Assembly (NCBI RefSeq): GCF_006345805.1
Contig: NC_043003.1
Coordinates: forward strand, 107,880,001-107,944,000
DNA from: Octopus sinensis
Taxonomy: Eukaryota
Direction of reading: 5' to 3'
DNA: 64,000 nucleotides
Shown piece by piece: positions 1 through 15,370 of this stretch. A model generated the notes under the pieces. That model did no database searches and was not told the DNA's origin. It worked only from the letters and a program-made list of their open reading frames with translations. How positions within the stretch are numbered: position 1 is the first letter of the stretch; each line of letters starts with the position of its first letter. Position numbers and translations under genes: made by a program.

Positions 1-311
1 GTATTTCTGTTCTAAACAATGCTTTAATGCAATGATATATAATCTCCTTCCTCCAGTATATAACGATTATTTACCTATCTCCAATAAATAGTGTTTGCTT
101 TCTCTTTCTTTTTTTTCTTTCTTCTTTGTCTCTATATCTTTCTTTGTCTCTATATCTCTGTCTCTCTGTCTCTCACTCTGTCTTTCTTTGTCTCTCTCAG
201 TGTCTCTGTTTGTCTGTTTGCCTGTCTGTCTCTCTCGCGCTCTCTCTCTCTCTCTCTATATATATATATTATTATATAAATATAACTATTACAAATATAT
301 ATAAATATATA

Positions 312-375
<64 letters not shown>
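1..375. repeat. Compound (TC)/(TCTG) and (TA)n microsatellite
   Basis: Direct reading; ORFs 91-389 are translations of the repeat. Confidence 0.9.
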
Positions 376-1670
<1,295 letters not shown>

Positions 1671-1729
1671 ATGTATAAATATATGTGTGTGTGCATGTAT
1701 CTGTGTTCTGTGTGTGTGAATATATAAAA

Positions 1730-2490
1730 TTTTGCAAGAAAACGGTTGACTGACTTTGAAGTTTGGGCTTGTCGTTGTTGAAACTTTCATGTCATTGTCA
1801 ACATCCATGTTGTAAAAATCGGACTAAATTTGATAACGTTTTATGTTACCTCTTTTTCAGGCACAGCTTGATAAATTGGCAGACAGCCAACAATGTTGAA
1901 GTGCATAAAGGTTAAAGTTGTAGTTGAGAAAAACTAAGCTGACATGGAGGGCTGAGAGCCATCTGGATATTGGAAAAGAGTTGCCTGTATCATGATGGTT
2001 CGCACCGGCAATCAAAATGCCGACACTGTGACTACAGCTTAATGCTCTGTGAACCTTGTAAAAGCTGTAAGATGTGACATCAACTGCTGCAACAGAAACT
2101 ACGAAGCAGTGGCCAACATGAAGAGATACAGCAAGCGTTCTGACAGCATCAGCATGCCGAAATTCCTCATCACATCTTTGAACAGAGACTTCAACTGAAT
2201 TCACACGGCTATGTGAAGTTGCTGGTGTCTCTGTCAAACCTTGGTTGGAAAGGGTTGCTGCTTGAAGGCAAAATGTGTGGCAGCAGGATTCGGAAAGAGA
2301 AGTGTTTGTCGGAGAAATTCCAAACTTTACCAGTCTCAATTCTAGGCCTCTTAATTCTCCCGTTATAATCCCATGGGTTACTGTGTGTGGGATGCAGTTG
2401 AGAAAGATACCAGCCGTTTGCCTGCTATACCAAGGCTGAGCTGGTGGCCAAAATCGAAGGGGTGCTCGAAAATCTTCCCAGAAAAGCACA
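1730..2490 (+). mobile_element. Decayed Tc1/mariner (maT/DD37D-like) transposase remnant
   Basis: Frameshifted translation gives KRYSKRSDSISMPKF, NVWQQDS and PLNSP(D)YNPMGYCVWDAVEKDT; same class as the copy at 46444. Confidence 0.7.
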
Positions 2491-2884
2491 TTTTCTGTCT
2501 CGTGTGTAGCTAAGGAATGTTTGCTATTTTAAGGGACAGTGTGGGAGATTGGTTGGGGAGAGGGGAGGAAGAGCAATGTGGAATCATACGCGCGAACAAA
2601 CGCAAGCACACGCCACCCACACATGCACACATACACACACACGCAGACACACACACACACACACACATATATATATGTATATGTATCACACGTACATACT
2701 CTCTTATTTCGGACAACATGATATACTTATTTAGGCATTTAAACTATAGAGTCCGCCCTCTATTATCGTTTCCCTGTGTGGAGCCTAGTCACATTTTCTA
2801 GAAAAGCGCCTGAATTTTAGATTTCTTAATGCACCATGCATAGTTAAAAATATAATTAAAAAGAAATATATCTATGAATATTTA

Positions 2885-3050
2885 CTGTTGGGTAGTGGAT
2901 TGGCGTAATCGTTTGATCAGTATTTAGATTCGATCCTGCAAAATCGACTGTGCCCCTTATCCTTTTAAGGTCGATAAAATAATTATATAATTACCAATCA
3001 AGAACTTGGATCAATGTGATCGATTTTACCCTTCTCACAAAAGCCAGGCA
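2885..3050 (+). mobile_element. Degenerate SINE (family D)
   Basis: Matches the GTCGATAAAATAA..GATC/GGTCGATGT..TCGA core of the family D copies at 20155 and 25240. Confidence 0.55.
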
Positions 3051-3057
3051 TTTAACA

Positions 3058-3869
<812 letters not shown>

Positions 3870-4003
3870 TTTTTTTTATAAATCTATATTTAATACTTTG
3901 ACGCTAAATGCAACAAACCAAACCGGGTGAAATGCTATGAATTAAATCTACGCCCGGGTTTCAGTTCAAAGTCGAAACAATTTTACTTTTTTCATCACTA
4001 TCA

Positions 4004-4175
<172 letters not shown>

Positions 4176-4199
4176 TCTATATATGAAAATAAATAATTT

Positions 4200-4315
4200 T
4201 CGTCTTTTATATGTTTGCTGGGGCACCGTCTTGATGACTGTTTAATTGCGTAAGGTATCACGCCGTGGGACTGAACCTGAAATCAAGTGGTTAGGTAATG
4301 AACTACTTAACCACT
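4200..4315 (-). mobile_element. SINE family A fragment
   Basis: Reverse complement of the A head (GGGACTGAACC..GTGGTT). Confidence 0.5.
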
Positions 4316-5708
4316 TCTTGAGAAATGCATGAATATAAAAAGTTTCCATTTCCATATCTATTCAAAAGAAAGTAAAATAAAGCAATATTCTATTGTTGTA
4401 GTTAAGCCAACATCAATCCTGATTGAGGAGATTTATTCTGAAAAAGATTTCAGCCATAATAATTATCCTATCGGTTTTTTCGTGTCAGGGCTAGAAAAAC
4501 ATTACCCAATAAGCAATCGATTAATTAGTTGGATATTTAACCAAAAGGAGTGGATTTGAACCAGTGCATGTGTTAATAATATTGGCATAATGATTCTCCC
4601 AAGAGACAACAAAATTACCCAATAAATCCTTTCTTTAAAGATGGTATGGTGTGATTTGTGCGACATTTAGCTGTCATTTCTTGTTGGTCAAGTGGTAATA
4701 TAACGGCTATTCTCGTAATATATATTACATTGGTTGCAAATGATATGGTGTTAGAGGTAATCTGTTGGTGATCTGAGCTTCTGTGTCGCTTTCTCGTCTT
4801 CAATTACGAAAGCAGTTTCACTTACACCATTAATAACTTTGGATGTCTCAGCGCATGATTTATTCCAAGTTAAAAATTAACCATTTGTGTCTAATAGAAT
4901 AAATTAGCATAGATTAACTATAAACTAAGTTATATGATGAACCTATGGTTTTCGAGTTCCTTAAGTGTTAGTTACATAATATTGTATTTATTCTAATGTT
5001 CTTGAGTTCCAGAAGGTGAGGAGCCTTTATATAGTTTCTAGAACTCAAGAAATAGCAACCCAATGTCTTCTGAAATCGCATAACCTATTGACTTGAAAAA
5101 TGTCACATTAGAGAATATGGTTCTGATCGCATGCTACCAGAACAAACAAAAACCTAAAGACAGAATACGAGTAATTTTCTATTAAATATAACTAGTCCGA
5201 GAACTTTTTCATACCCCGTCGTAGCCATAGTTTGTAGACCACCTTTAGTAGTAGACCTCTTCCATCAGAATTAACCTAAAGCGAAACAACAACTTCAATA
5301 TTTGTATTGCTGAAGTCGGTAAAATGCAGATAGACACAGCGAACGCCGAGGCTTAGTTTGTCATTAGTCATTCGGCGATAAAATTGTAGCCTTGAACCAA
5401 TATTAAAAATATTAAAATGAAAAATAAATCAATATTTCTATTGCTGGATTTCCATTATTGTATTCCTCATTTTATTGTAAAGTTGATGTATCAGCGAGAT
5501 GTTACAATCGCCAATCATCTTATTGTAGCTTGTAGCTTGCGGAAGATGTATAGTCTGTGGCATGAGAAGAAAAATCTGTGAACGCCTTTAAAAAATTTCA
5601 ATTAGTACCACAGCCATAGTACTGATTATTTTAGCCAAGCAATTACGCAGACGAAAACATTGAAAAGGAACGGCTTTTGTTGTACAATAGCTACGTTCTT
5701 TTCAGCAC

Positions 5709-5802
5709 TCCCTTTCTATGCAGATATAAATCCCTTTCTATGCATATATAAATCCCTTTCTATGCAGATATAAATCCCTTTCTATGCAGATATAAATCCC
5801 TA
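5709..5802. repeat. 22-bp minisatellite, 4.3 copies
   Basis: TCCCTTTCTATGCAGATATAAA x4 with one substitution. Confidence 0.95.
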
Positions 5803-6062
5803 GAAATATCACTTTCCTCCAGGTCATTTTTCACTAAACGTTTATAATATTCACATACGTGGATATCATATATTCACATTTGATTCCATAAGTGTATATA
5901 TGATATCAATCTAGTTGTGAGTTGTTCGTTAATAAAGAACCGATGCCATACACGGATAGCAAAACTGAGCTAGTTGTAGACGTTGGTTTGAGTCTAGGAT
6001 AAAAAACAGCTTCAGGTTGTAGTTTTTAGGAATATAGGAAAGTATTCTGCAAGCTGATACAC

Positions 6063-6494
6063 CAGTGGTTCTCAGCCGGGGTCTATGTGGAGGCGCGTGG
6101 CTTAGTGGTTAGGGTGTCATCACCATGATCGTAAGGTTGTGGTTTCGATTCCTGGACCAGGCGACGCGTTGTGTTCTTGAGCAAAACACTTCATTTCAAG
6201 TTGCTCCAGTCCACTCAGCTGGCGAAAATGAGTAACGCTGCGATGGACTGGCGTCCTGTTCAGCTGGGGAACACATACACCATAGAAACCGGGTTCATGA
6301 GTCTGGCTAGGCTTTAAAAAGGGCGCATTTATTTATTATTTATAATTTTACTATACACAAAATATTTCAACAATTTTTTGAATACAATTCCTAATAATAA
6401 GGATTTTATTTAAACATCAAATGGCTACGGGAGCCCAGTGAAGTAAATTAGGAATCAAAGCGATCCATAGACACAAAAGGGTTGAGAACCACTG
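6063..6494. mobile_element. hAT-type MITE with a nested SINE
   Basis: TIRs CAGTGGTTCTCAGCC / GGTTGAGAACCACTG; 8-bp TSD TGATACAC/TGTTACAC (7/8 match). Confidence 0.85.
6087..6345 (+). mobile_element. tRNA-derived SINE family C
   Basis: Pol III A box TGGCTTAGTGG, B box GGTTTCGATTCC; near-identical to the copy at 22415. Confidence 0.9.
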
Positions 6495-6578
6495 TGTTAC
6501 ACAGAAGAACCTACATTCATACTTGTATACAACCATAACTATATGTGTGAGCGTATACGTATGTGTATAGGCATGTGT

Positions 6579-6885
6579 TGTTTGTTCCTTCTCGAGCCAT
6601 GCCTGGCTCATAAAGGCCGGTTTCCCGGTTTCCTTGGCGTATAGGTTCCCCACCTGGACGGGACGCCGGTCCGTCGCAGGTGAGCTGCAAGACTGCAGGA
6701 GAAAAGTGTGAGAGAAAGTTGTGGTGAAAGAGTTAGCAGAAGTTTCGCCATTACCTTCTGCCGTATCCGCATGGAGCTTAGGTGTTTCGCTCATAAACAC
6801 ACACATCGCCCGCTCTGAGATTCGAACCCACGATCCCTCGACCGCGAGTTCGCTGCTCTAACAACTAGGTCATGTGCCTCCACAC
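6579..6885 (-). mobile_element. tRNA-derived SINE family B
   Basis: 12-bp TSD ATAGGCATGTGT (6567-6578, 6886-6897); homologous to the copies at 14200 and 39539. Confidence 0.9.
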
Positions 6886-6944
6886 ATAGGCATGTGTGCG
6901 TGCATGTGAGTGAATGTGTGTATGCGCGCGTGCGTGTCTGCTGC

Positions 6945-7340
6945 CAAACTGATACAAAACTTTCAGGTACAATTTAAGAGCTAGCGTTTACTTCTATGAC
7001 TGTCTGTTATATATTTCATCGTAGACATACTTCAATCGGTACAGGACACATTGATGTAATCGAATAATGGAAAAAAAGTGACGCCTATGCAGTATATTCA
7101 CCACATTCCCAAGCAACTTCTGTCGATAATTCTTTCAGAAGTAGGCAAATCATTTTTAGGTTTGCACTTCATTGTTTCATATTGATAGCCTGCCACTTTC
7201 TAAATGTGAAGGTTTCGCTGCGTCAGTCGATCATTTCAGTCGTGCTTCAGAATTGCACTTCAGCTTTCTCTAACTTTATCTCATACATGCAACGTTCTTT
7301 CTATATTCTTCCAATTGTAACATATGCATACATTCACACG
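6945..7340. repeat. Diverged duplicate of 11600-12070
   Basis: Colinear similarity, e.g. CTTCATTGTTTC(A/G)TATTG and TCATACATGCAACGTTCTT. Confidence 0.75.
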
Positions 7341-7640
7341 CGCACACATAGTTATGTATGCCGGTTGTATACGTTCATACATATATATGTTTGTATGTAT
7401 GCATGTAGTATGTATGTATGCATGCACGTATGCCCTTTATGTATGTACACCCGCACGTACACATATATGTATGTATGCATGTATGTATGCATGTATGTAT
7501 GTATGTTTGTATGCATGTATGTATGTTTGTATGTATAAGTAATCGGTTTTCAACAGAGTTACCAAATTTAGAGTAACTTAGTTTATTCTTCATTTTGTTA
7601 ATGTAAGCAATTTTATATATATACGTATGCGTATCTGAAA

Positions 7641-8032
7641 GGAGTGACTGTGTGGTAAGTAGCTTGCTTACAAACCACATGGTTCCGAGTTCAGTACCAC
7701 TTTTAATAGCACCTTGGGCAAGTATCTTCTACTATAGCCATAGGCAGACCAAAGCCTTGTGAGTGGATTTGGTAGACGGAAACTGAAAGAGGCTCGTCGT
7801 ATAAATGTGTATATATATATGTATGTGTGTGTATATGTTTGTCCCCTCACCACAATCGCTCGACAATCGATGTTGGTGTGATTACGTCCCCATAACCACG
7901 CGGTTCGGCAAAAGTGACCGATAAAATAAGTATTAAGCTTACAAAGAATAAGTCCTGGTGTCGATTTGCTCGATTAAAGACGGTGCTCCAGCATAGCCGC
8001 AGTCAAATGACCGAAGCAAATAAAAGAATAAT
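7641..8032 (+). mobile_element. SINE family A, near full length
   Basis: GTGTGGTAAG..GGTTCCGAGTTCAGT head, internal (TA)(TG) tract, ..CAAATGACCGAAGCAAATAAAAGA tail. Confidence 0.85.
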
Positions 8033-8051
8033 ATCTATCTATCTATCTATA

Positions 8052-8084
<33 letters not shown>

Positions 8085-8144
8085 CTCTCTCTCTCTCTCT
8101 CTCCTCTCTCTCTTTCTCATCTCTTCTCTCTCTCTCTCTCTATC

Positions 8145-8169
<25 letters not shown>

Positions 8170-8179
<10 letters not shown>

Positions 8180-8740
8180 ATTTCAACACTTGAGGGTAAA
8201 ATTAATTAGTTATTAATCAATTTCACCAAGTATTCAGTATGTAAAAGGACCATTTAAGGCGAATTCAAAATATTACATTAATATAAAAGGGCTTAGTAAA
8301 ATATGATGTTTGCTAAAATATGATGTTTGCTAGTTTAGCCCACGTGGGTGGAAAGGGAGAACAGGAATTCTTCGCTTGCATATTTTGAATTTGTTGGCAC
8401 TGTCAGTTTGAACGGGTCGTCTGAGGTGTTAAGTCGCCAAAAGGGTATGTTCCTACTTTCAGTGTTTCCAAATCCAAATTAAGAAATTTTGGGCTGACGA
8501 AAGAAATGTCGAATTTTATTTGGCTGATCTAGAAACGTAACGTTCTCAAATAATCTTTGCACTTGTGATTTTTTAATGTTTTTACCCCCATACCTCCGTG
8601 GGTTATTCTGAGTAACACTATCTGAGAGAAATTTTCTTTAAGTATTAGAAATAGCTAAAAAACTTTTCTGGCTGCTATTTCTAATGAGTTCAGTATGTGG
8701 CAAAGTAATTTATTTTACTAAGCCCTTTTATATTAATATA
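8170..8740. mobile_element. Penelope-like terminal remnant between (TA)n arrays
   Basis: Perfect 27-bp inverted repeat ATTAATATAAAAGGGCTTAGTAAAATA (8277-8303 / 8711-8737) and an internal hammerhead-like motif. Confidence 0.5.
8488..8550 (+). ncRNA. Degenerate type I hammerhead ribozyme motif
   Basis: Stem I TTTGGG/CTCAAA, CTGACGA, decayed stem II, GAAA, stem III ACG-TAA-CGT, GTT cleavage triplet. Confidence 0.5.
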
Positions 8741-8749
8741 TATATATAG

Positions 8750-8840
<91 letters not shown>

Positions 8841-9676
8841 TATGTGGGCACAGGACGTCACGAAATGTGTACAACAAAAATGTACGAAGTACCTTTACAT
8901 GGAATATGATCTATCTTCTCGTTTTTTCGGACAACGAAAGACATAAATGGAAAACGAGACAAACAACATAAAGAACGATCCTTCATCAGTTGTTTTTCTA
9001 CTCTCATATTTCGAGCATTTAACAACAATATATGCTTTCATTAAAACAGTTGCTCCCGCAAAGCAAATTAAATAAAATTTGGGATTTTGCGGAGGGTCAA
9101 AATTGGTAGCACAAACAGGACAGTGAAAACAAATAGGAAGGACTGCTAAGCCTAAACGAGGTTGTGGTGGCAAACGCGTAAATCAAGCTTGGACAGGAGA
9201 CAGACAAGAACACATCTTCCTTGTTCCAGTTAAAACGGAGAGAAAGAAAGTAACACAAGTTAGGAGAAGAAAGATAGAAGGCCGATGGTCACGTGGGAGC
9301 TACATGAGCAAGGGAGGAGGAGTGAGGGAAAGAGAGTGACAGAGTAATAGGATAGAATAGTGGGAGAAGAGGAGGTAAAAGAAGAAGAGAGAAAAACGAA
9401 AGAGTAAAAGGATCGTATAGAGTGTGCATCAGAATTAAGATCAAACTTACTTGGAAAAGGACGCGTTGCGTTCAATCATATAAAAATATATATATGTATA
9501 TATATGCATATATATACATACGTTATTAATACATCTATCTATCTATATATCTATCTATCTATCGATCTATCTATATATCTATCTATCTATCTATCTATCT
9601 ACTATCTATCTATCTATCTATCCTATCTATATATCTATCTATCTATCTATCTATCTTCTATCTATCTATCTATCTA

Positions 9677-9735
<59 letters not shown>

Positions 9736-10203
9736 GTCTATCTATCTATCTATCTATCTATCTATATATATATATGTTTATATATATGTATATATATATA
9801 TATGCATGTATATATATATATGTATATATATATATATGTACATACACCCACATATACATATATATATACATATAATATGTCTTTGAGAGAAAGAGTAAGA
9901 TGCCTATATATATTTATATATGAATATATATACATGTGTGTGTGTGTGAGTGTATTCCTCTAAACAAAAACCTGAAGTGAATAACTTATTCCTTCGAGAA
10001 AAAAGTCGCGGAATCCAGGAAGGAAAACAAGATTGATTTCAAATATTGAGGCGAAATAGAGAATACAACTTGGGCTCCTTTCAGTCTAACGTCGTCAGTA
10101 TCATGATAAAAAAAGAAGGTCAACTTACAAAACACCTTCAGCAGCCGTTCGTGTATGGTAAAATATTTGCTTCGCAATTGCATGTTTATTGGTTTAGTTC
10201 CAC

Positions 10204-10516
10204 TACATGGCATCTTGAGCAAGTATTTTTTTTCAATTGCCTCGGGCCGACCAATGCTTTATGAGTGGATTTGGTAGACGGAAATTAAAAGAAGCCTGTC
10301 GAATGTGTGTGTGTGTGTGTGTCTTTGTCCCCCACTACCGCTTGACAATCTGCTGGTTTGTTTATGTCCACATAATTTAGTGGTTCGGTAACAGTAGACC
10401 GATGGAATAACTACCAGACATTTAATTAAATGTGCTGGATTCGATTCGTTCCACTAAATTCTCCAAGAATGTGCCCCAACATGGCCGCAGTCCAACGACT
10501 GAAACAAGTAAAAGGA
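10204..10516 (+). mobile_element. SINE family A, 5'-truncated
   Basis: GTGGATTTGGTAGACGGAAA core and family A tail. Confidence 0.8.
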
Positions 10517-10860
10517 AACAAAATATATATTACAGAAAAAAACTTAACAAAACCAAAAACTCTAAATACATCCATTATTCCAGAGAAATACTTGCGATGG
10601 TCGTATCCAACAATGCTATCAATACCTTTAAGAGAACCAACCTCTATGACTTCAGTAATAACCAGTGCATACCATGTTATTAACTTAAAAGAAGCTTTAA
10701 TATTTACTGTCTAAAATAGAAAGAAGAGTAGAAACTCTCGTGTTATATATATGTATATCGTCCATAATTTTATATTAAACAATCGTAAAGATATTCTTAC
10801 TAACAAGGCCTATGTAGATTAAATGAATTCAGGGAAATGTAAGATAAGTAAGGTGAGGCG

Positions 10861-11248
10861 TAGGCGTAGCTGTTGTGGTATGAAGCCTGCTTCCCAACCA
10901 TATGGTTCCGAGTTCAGTCCCACTGCGTGGCACTTTTGGTGTCTTCTACTATAGTTTCGGGCTGACCAAAGCGTTGTGAGTGGATTTGATAAACGGAAAC
11001 TGAAAGGAAGCCGTGGTATATACATATGTGTATATTTATGCATGTGTGTATCTGCGTTTCTCTCCCCGCCATCGTTTGACAACCGATGCTGGTGTGTTTA
11101 CGTCCCCGTAATTTATCGGTTCAGCATAAGGGACCGATAGAATAAGTACTAGGCTTACGAAGAATAAGTCCTGGGGTCCATTTCTTCGACAAAAGGTGGT
11201 GCTCCAGCATGGCCGCATTCAAATGACTGAAACAAGTAAAAGAATATT
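10861..11248 (+). mobile_element. SINE family A, full length
   Basis: Head, core and tail colinear with the copy at 7641. Confidence 0.9.
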
Positions 11249-11599
11249 AAACAGGTCACTTCTCTTTATGCAAAAATTGCAGCATGCTTTGATAACACAT
11301 ACGCACACATATACCTACAGACTCAAAGAGACACACAAAGAGAGAGTGTGTGTGAGTGTGTGTTTGTGTAGGCCCGTGTATGAGTGCATGCGTATGTATG
11401 TATGTATGTATGTATGTATGTATGTGTTGTGAGTGTTTGTCTGTTTTGGGAAACTGAGACCAAAACAATTCCAAAACAAAGTTATAAATATTTGTTCAAT
11501 TATGCAACTGCCTGATATCTACTTTTTCTGCTATACATATTTCAGTCAAGATACGAAGCATTCATGTCAGCGAGTAATGGAAAAGCGTTACAATTTTTC

Positions 11600-12070
11600 C
11601 TTTCTGTTGGTGAATTTCAGATACAATTTATGAGCTTGCCTTCAGTTATATGACCACTTGTCATATATTTTCTGTAAGACATATTTCAGTCGGCAGAGAG
11701 CACATCGATGTCACCGAATAATAGAACAATAAATATATAAATAAATAAATAAAATAAAACTAAAATAAAAAGCGATGCCTTTGCAGCATATTAGCCACAT
11801 TTCCAAGCATCTCTTCTCAAAAGCCATCTCAGAAGTGGGCAAACTATTGAAAACTTCCAGTTATGCCGATTTATTTCACCCACTTTTAGATTTTCTCTTC
11901 ATTGTTTCGTATTGGCAGTTTGCCTGTTTCCGGCTGTGAATGTTTGTCCGTCTCAGCTGATTGTTTCAGTCGTGTTTCTGAAATGCGCTTCAATTTTCTT
12001 TTATAATTCTGTTTCATACATGCAACGTTCTTCATACTTCCTACAACAGTGGCATACATATGTGCAAAGA
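11600..12070. repeat. Diverged duplicate of 6945-7340
   Basis: See 6945; a partial third copy lies at about 11520-11590. Confidence 0.75.
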
Positions 12071-12154
12071 CATTTACACATGCAGAATCACAAACACACT
12101 TATATGGATAGGCAAGCAGCTTTCTTATACTGAAAGCACGACTATGTTCTGGAA

Positions 12155-12425
12155 CAGTGGTTTTCAACTGGTGCCCATATGACCCTTGCCGGGTGGGGTG
12201 GGGGGTCCATATAAGGTTTTGTTAAAATTTATTTTGCAAGAAATTGGCTACATTTCTACAATACACAAAATATTTTAACAATTTTGATTACACAGTTCCT
12301 AGTAATATTCATAAATACAATAGGGTTTTTTTAGAGTATCAAATGGCAATGAAATGGAAAAGGGTCCACCAGAGTAAAATAGGAATCTAAAAGGTCCATA
12401 TGTAAAAAATGGTTAAGAAACACTT
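12155..12425. mobile_element. hAT MITE, second and older copy
   Basis: CAGTGGTTTTCAAC / GGTTAAGAAACACT ends; interior homologous to the 6063 element; TSD not recognisable. Confidence 0.7.
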
Positions 12426-12439
12426 ATCGAATAATATTT

Positions 12440-12860
12440 TGAATAAAGTGCTTTTGATATATTTATAAGAGATCCTTGCAGTTTCTTTGATATTAAATCT
12501 TTATTATAAATTTCTTAACTTTCACAGCTTCATTTTCAGGACAGTCTAAGGCTAAGGTTGGCTTCTTTAGATGATTCTTTTTTGTTTTTCTAGGCCTGGG
12601 TTATATAAGAGGTGTAGATATTACTGCCGAAGTTCTTATTTTAGCCGGTAGATTTATGCTTCATTAGTCAGCTGTTTATCTTTGCTTTCATCTAGCGCAT
12701 GTTGTCTGGATAGGACACTCGGATTTACCAGGCGAGAATAGTTACCAGAGCTTAGCAACTTTTAATCAACTCGGTCACAAATTAAGAGGAAACACGGTAA
12801 CTGCTAGGATAACATATCCCTTTAACCTCATTTTGACACACACCACACATATATATGTGA

Positions 12861-12927
<67 letters not shown>

Positions 12928-13520
12928 TTCCGAAGAATATCGTGTTTTGTGTAGTGTAGTGTAGTGCATTGCAGCTGATCCTTTGTACGCTAGTGGAAGG
13001 TTGTTGTATTTGTATGGCAAATACAACAGTTGTTATTGTGAAGTTTCCAAATTACATATTTGTAAAATAATTTATAAAGCACTTTGTCCATCATTAGATG
13101 TTTTACATGCTAATATTTTGTTATTTAACAGGTTTTTAACTTTAGTATTTTTGTAATATATAATATATGTTCGTGTATGTTTCCCCTAAAACCCTTTCCT
13201 GGTTCACACGTTACCTGTGGTTTGTGCACTTTTACTAAGTGTAGTGTCTAATGTATACACTGCAATATATTTCTTTGTGCATTGTAGTATGGTTTATCAT
13301 TAATTTGTTATTCAGTTTTGATAAGTGCGGATATCTTGACCTGGTGATAGTTTTGTTGGAAAGTATAAGCATACTTCCTAAATCGAGACTTTGTCTTTGT
13401 GAACATACAACGTCTGAATACATGTATATGTAATGAATTTATTCATTTCTTTGGTGTGATAGGATATGATGTGTCTTTGTATCTCAATGTTTGTCTATCA
13501 ATACAGCCATCGCATTGCTA
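12440..13520 (-). mobile_element. Possible highly decayed Penelope-like remnant
   Basis: Weak frameshifted resemblance to the RT thumb/linker region (CSQRQSLDL..RYP); many stops. Confidence 0.3.
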
Positions 13521-14139
13521 AGCGTTTTATTTGTTCTGATCTAGATATACACACTGGTGTCCCTCTATGTAAGTACAATAAAAAAGGAAGCAGTACTGAG
13601 ACATGGATATACACAGGCACACACAGACATAAACACATACACACATACACGTACGTACACACTAATGCATATACATATATTCATTCAAATATATACATAT
13701 ACATGCATGTATGATTATATATATACATACATAAACACATACATATATATGTGTGAACATATATACATGTATAATATATATATATATATAAATATATATA
13801 TATACGTGCATACATGTATAGATGCATGCACGTATACATGTATGTATATGCATATGCAAATAGACAGTTGTACTAAGGTAGATATATTCTTCATCAGATA
13901 AATTAATGTGCATATGTTTGAGTACGTATGCGTATAGATGTATGTGTACTTGTGTGTATAATTGTGTATAAATAGAATCGCTAGAAAAACGAGCAAAATG
14001 ACTGTTATTTGTTTCGTCACTGTATTTTAAGGGTAACGCCTATGACGACACTGGTACCAAGCAGAATCGATTTCTTTCCTTCCGTCGGTTAAGAGTCGTG
14101 TCTGCATGCATGCACGCACGCACGCACACACGCACGCAC

Positions 14140-14198
<59 letters not shown>

Positions 14199-14199
14199 T

Positions 14200-14483
14200 G
14201 CTTGTTCCTTCTCGAGCCACGCCTGGCTCATAAGGCAGGTTTCCCGATTCCCTTGTCGTATAGGTTCTCCACCTGGACGTCGCAGGTGAGATGCAAGATG
14301 CTGGAGGAAAAAGTGAGAAAAAGTTGTGGCGAAAGAGTTAGCAGAAGTTCGCCGTTACCTTATGCTGGAGCCGCGTGGAGCTCAGGTATTTCGCTTATAA
14401 ACACACACATCGCCCGGTCTGAGATTCGAACCCGCGATCCCTCGACCGCGAGTCCTCTGCTCTAACCACTGGGCCATGTGCCT

Positions 14484-14487
<4 letters not shown>
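14200..14487 (-). mobile_element. SINE family B
   Basis: Homologous to 6579, with an internal deletion. Confidence 0.85.
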
Positions 14488-14529
<42 letters not shown>

Positions 14530-14574
14530 ACATTAAAGATAAAGATCCTTCCTGTGTTATATAAACTCATAGGA

Positions 14575-14764
14575 CCTGTTTCTATAGGATGCATGTTCCC
14601 CCACTTGACTATTTGCCGGTCTGTTGCAGGATTAGTCATTTTCCCCACCTGAGTAGATTTGAGCAAAATGAAATGAAGTGTTTTGTTCAAGAACATGATG
14701 CGTAGCCCAGTCAAGGAATCTTACTATCATGAGTCCAACATCCTTAACAGTAAACCATCCTCCA
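14575..14764 (-). mobile_element. Degenerate SINE family C
   Basis: Reverse complement of TGTTCTTGAACAAAACACTTCATTTC. Confidence 0.6.
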
Positions 14765-14879
14765 CCACATGTACGTGTTCATATATATAGTTAGATAAAT
14801 AGGTAGATATACATCTCTCTTTCTTTCTCCTTCTTTCTTTCTTTCTTTCTCTCTCTCTCTTTATATATATATTATATAT

Positions 14880-14923
<44 letters not shown>

Positions 14924-15059
14924 GACGGGCCTCTTTCAGTTTCCGTCTACCAAATCCACTCACAAAGTATTGGTCGACCCGAGATGTCACGCATGGGACT
15001 GAACCCGGAACCACGTGGTTGGGAAGCAAACTTGTTACTACACAGCCTCACGTGCACCT
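14924..15059 (-). mobile_element. SINE family A, 5' half
   Basis: TTTCAGTTTCCGTCTACCAAATCCACTCAC..GGGACTGAACCCGGAACCACGTGG. Confidence 0.85.
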
Positions 15060-15216
15060 AACACACTCACACACACACACACACACACAAACACACGCAC
15101 ACACATATATATATACATTCATTTATGTTCATACATACATGCATGCATACATACATACACACATACACATACATACATACATACATACATACATACATAC
15201 ATACATACATGCATAC

Positions 15217-15247
<31 letters not shown>

Positions 15248-15311
15248 CATCATACATGCATACTTACATACATAGTACTAGGAACTTCACACGAAGTTCT
15301 AGTCCTTGCAT

Positions 15312-15370
15312 CCATCAATTAACTGAAGAAAACCGTTACATTGGTAACATTGAAATCTGTAATAATATAT
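15312..15370 (+). ncRNA. Degenerate hammerhead-like motif
   Basis: CTGAAGA (15323), stem II GTTAC-ATTG-GTAAC, GAAA-TCTG-TA; stem I only partly paired. Confidence 0.35.

Noticed and set aside
4826-4895. Minus-strand AG..GTAAGT exon candidate
   Set aside because: There are stops in all three frames and no other support.
5709-5802. CRISPR-like array
   Set aside because: The repeats are contiguous without spacers, in a eukaryotic context.
6087-6160. tRNA gene calls for SINE heads (also 22415, 39800, 61495)
   Set aside because: A and B boxes are present, but the acceptor stems are missing and each runs into a SINE body.
8920-8995. CTGATGA..CCGAAA (minus)
   Set aside because: There is no NUH triplet or stem III after GAAA.
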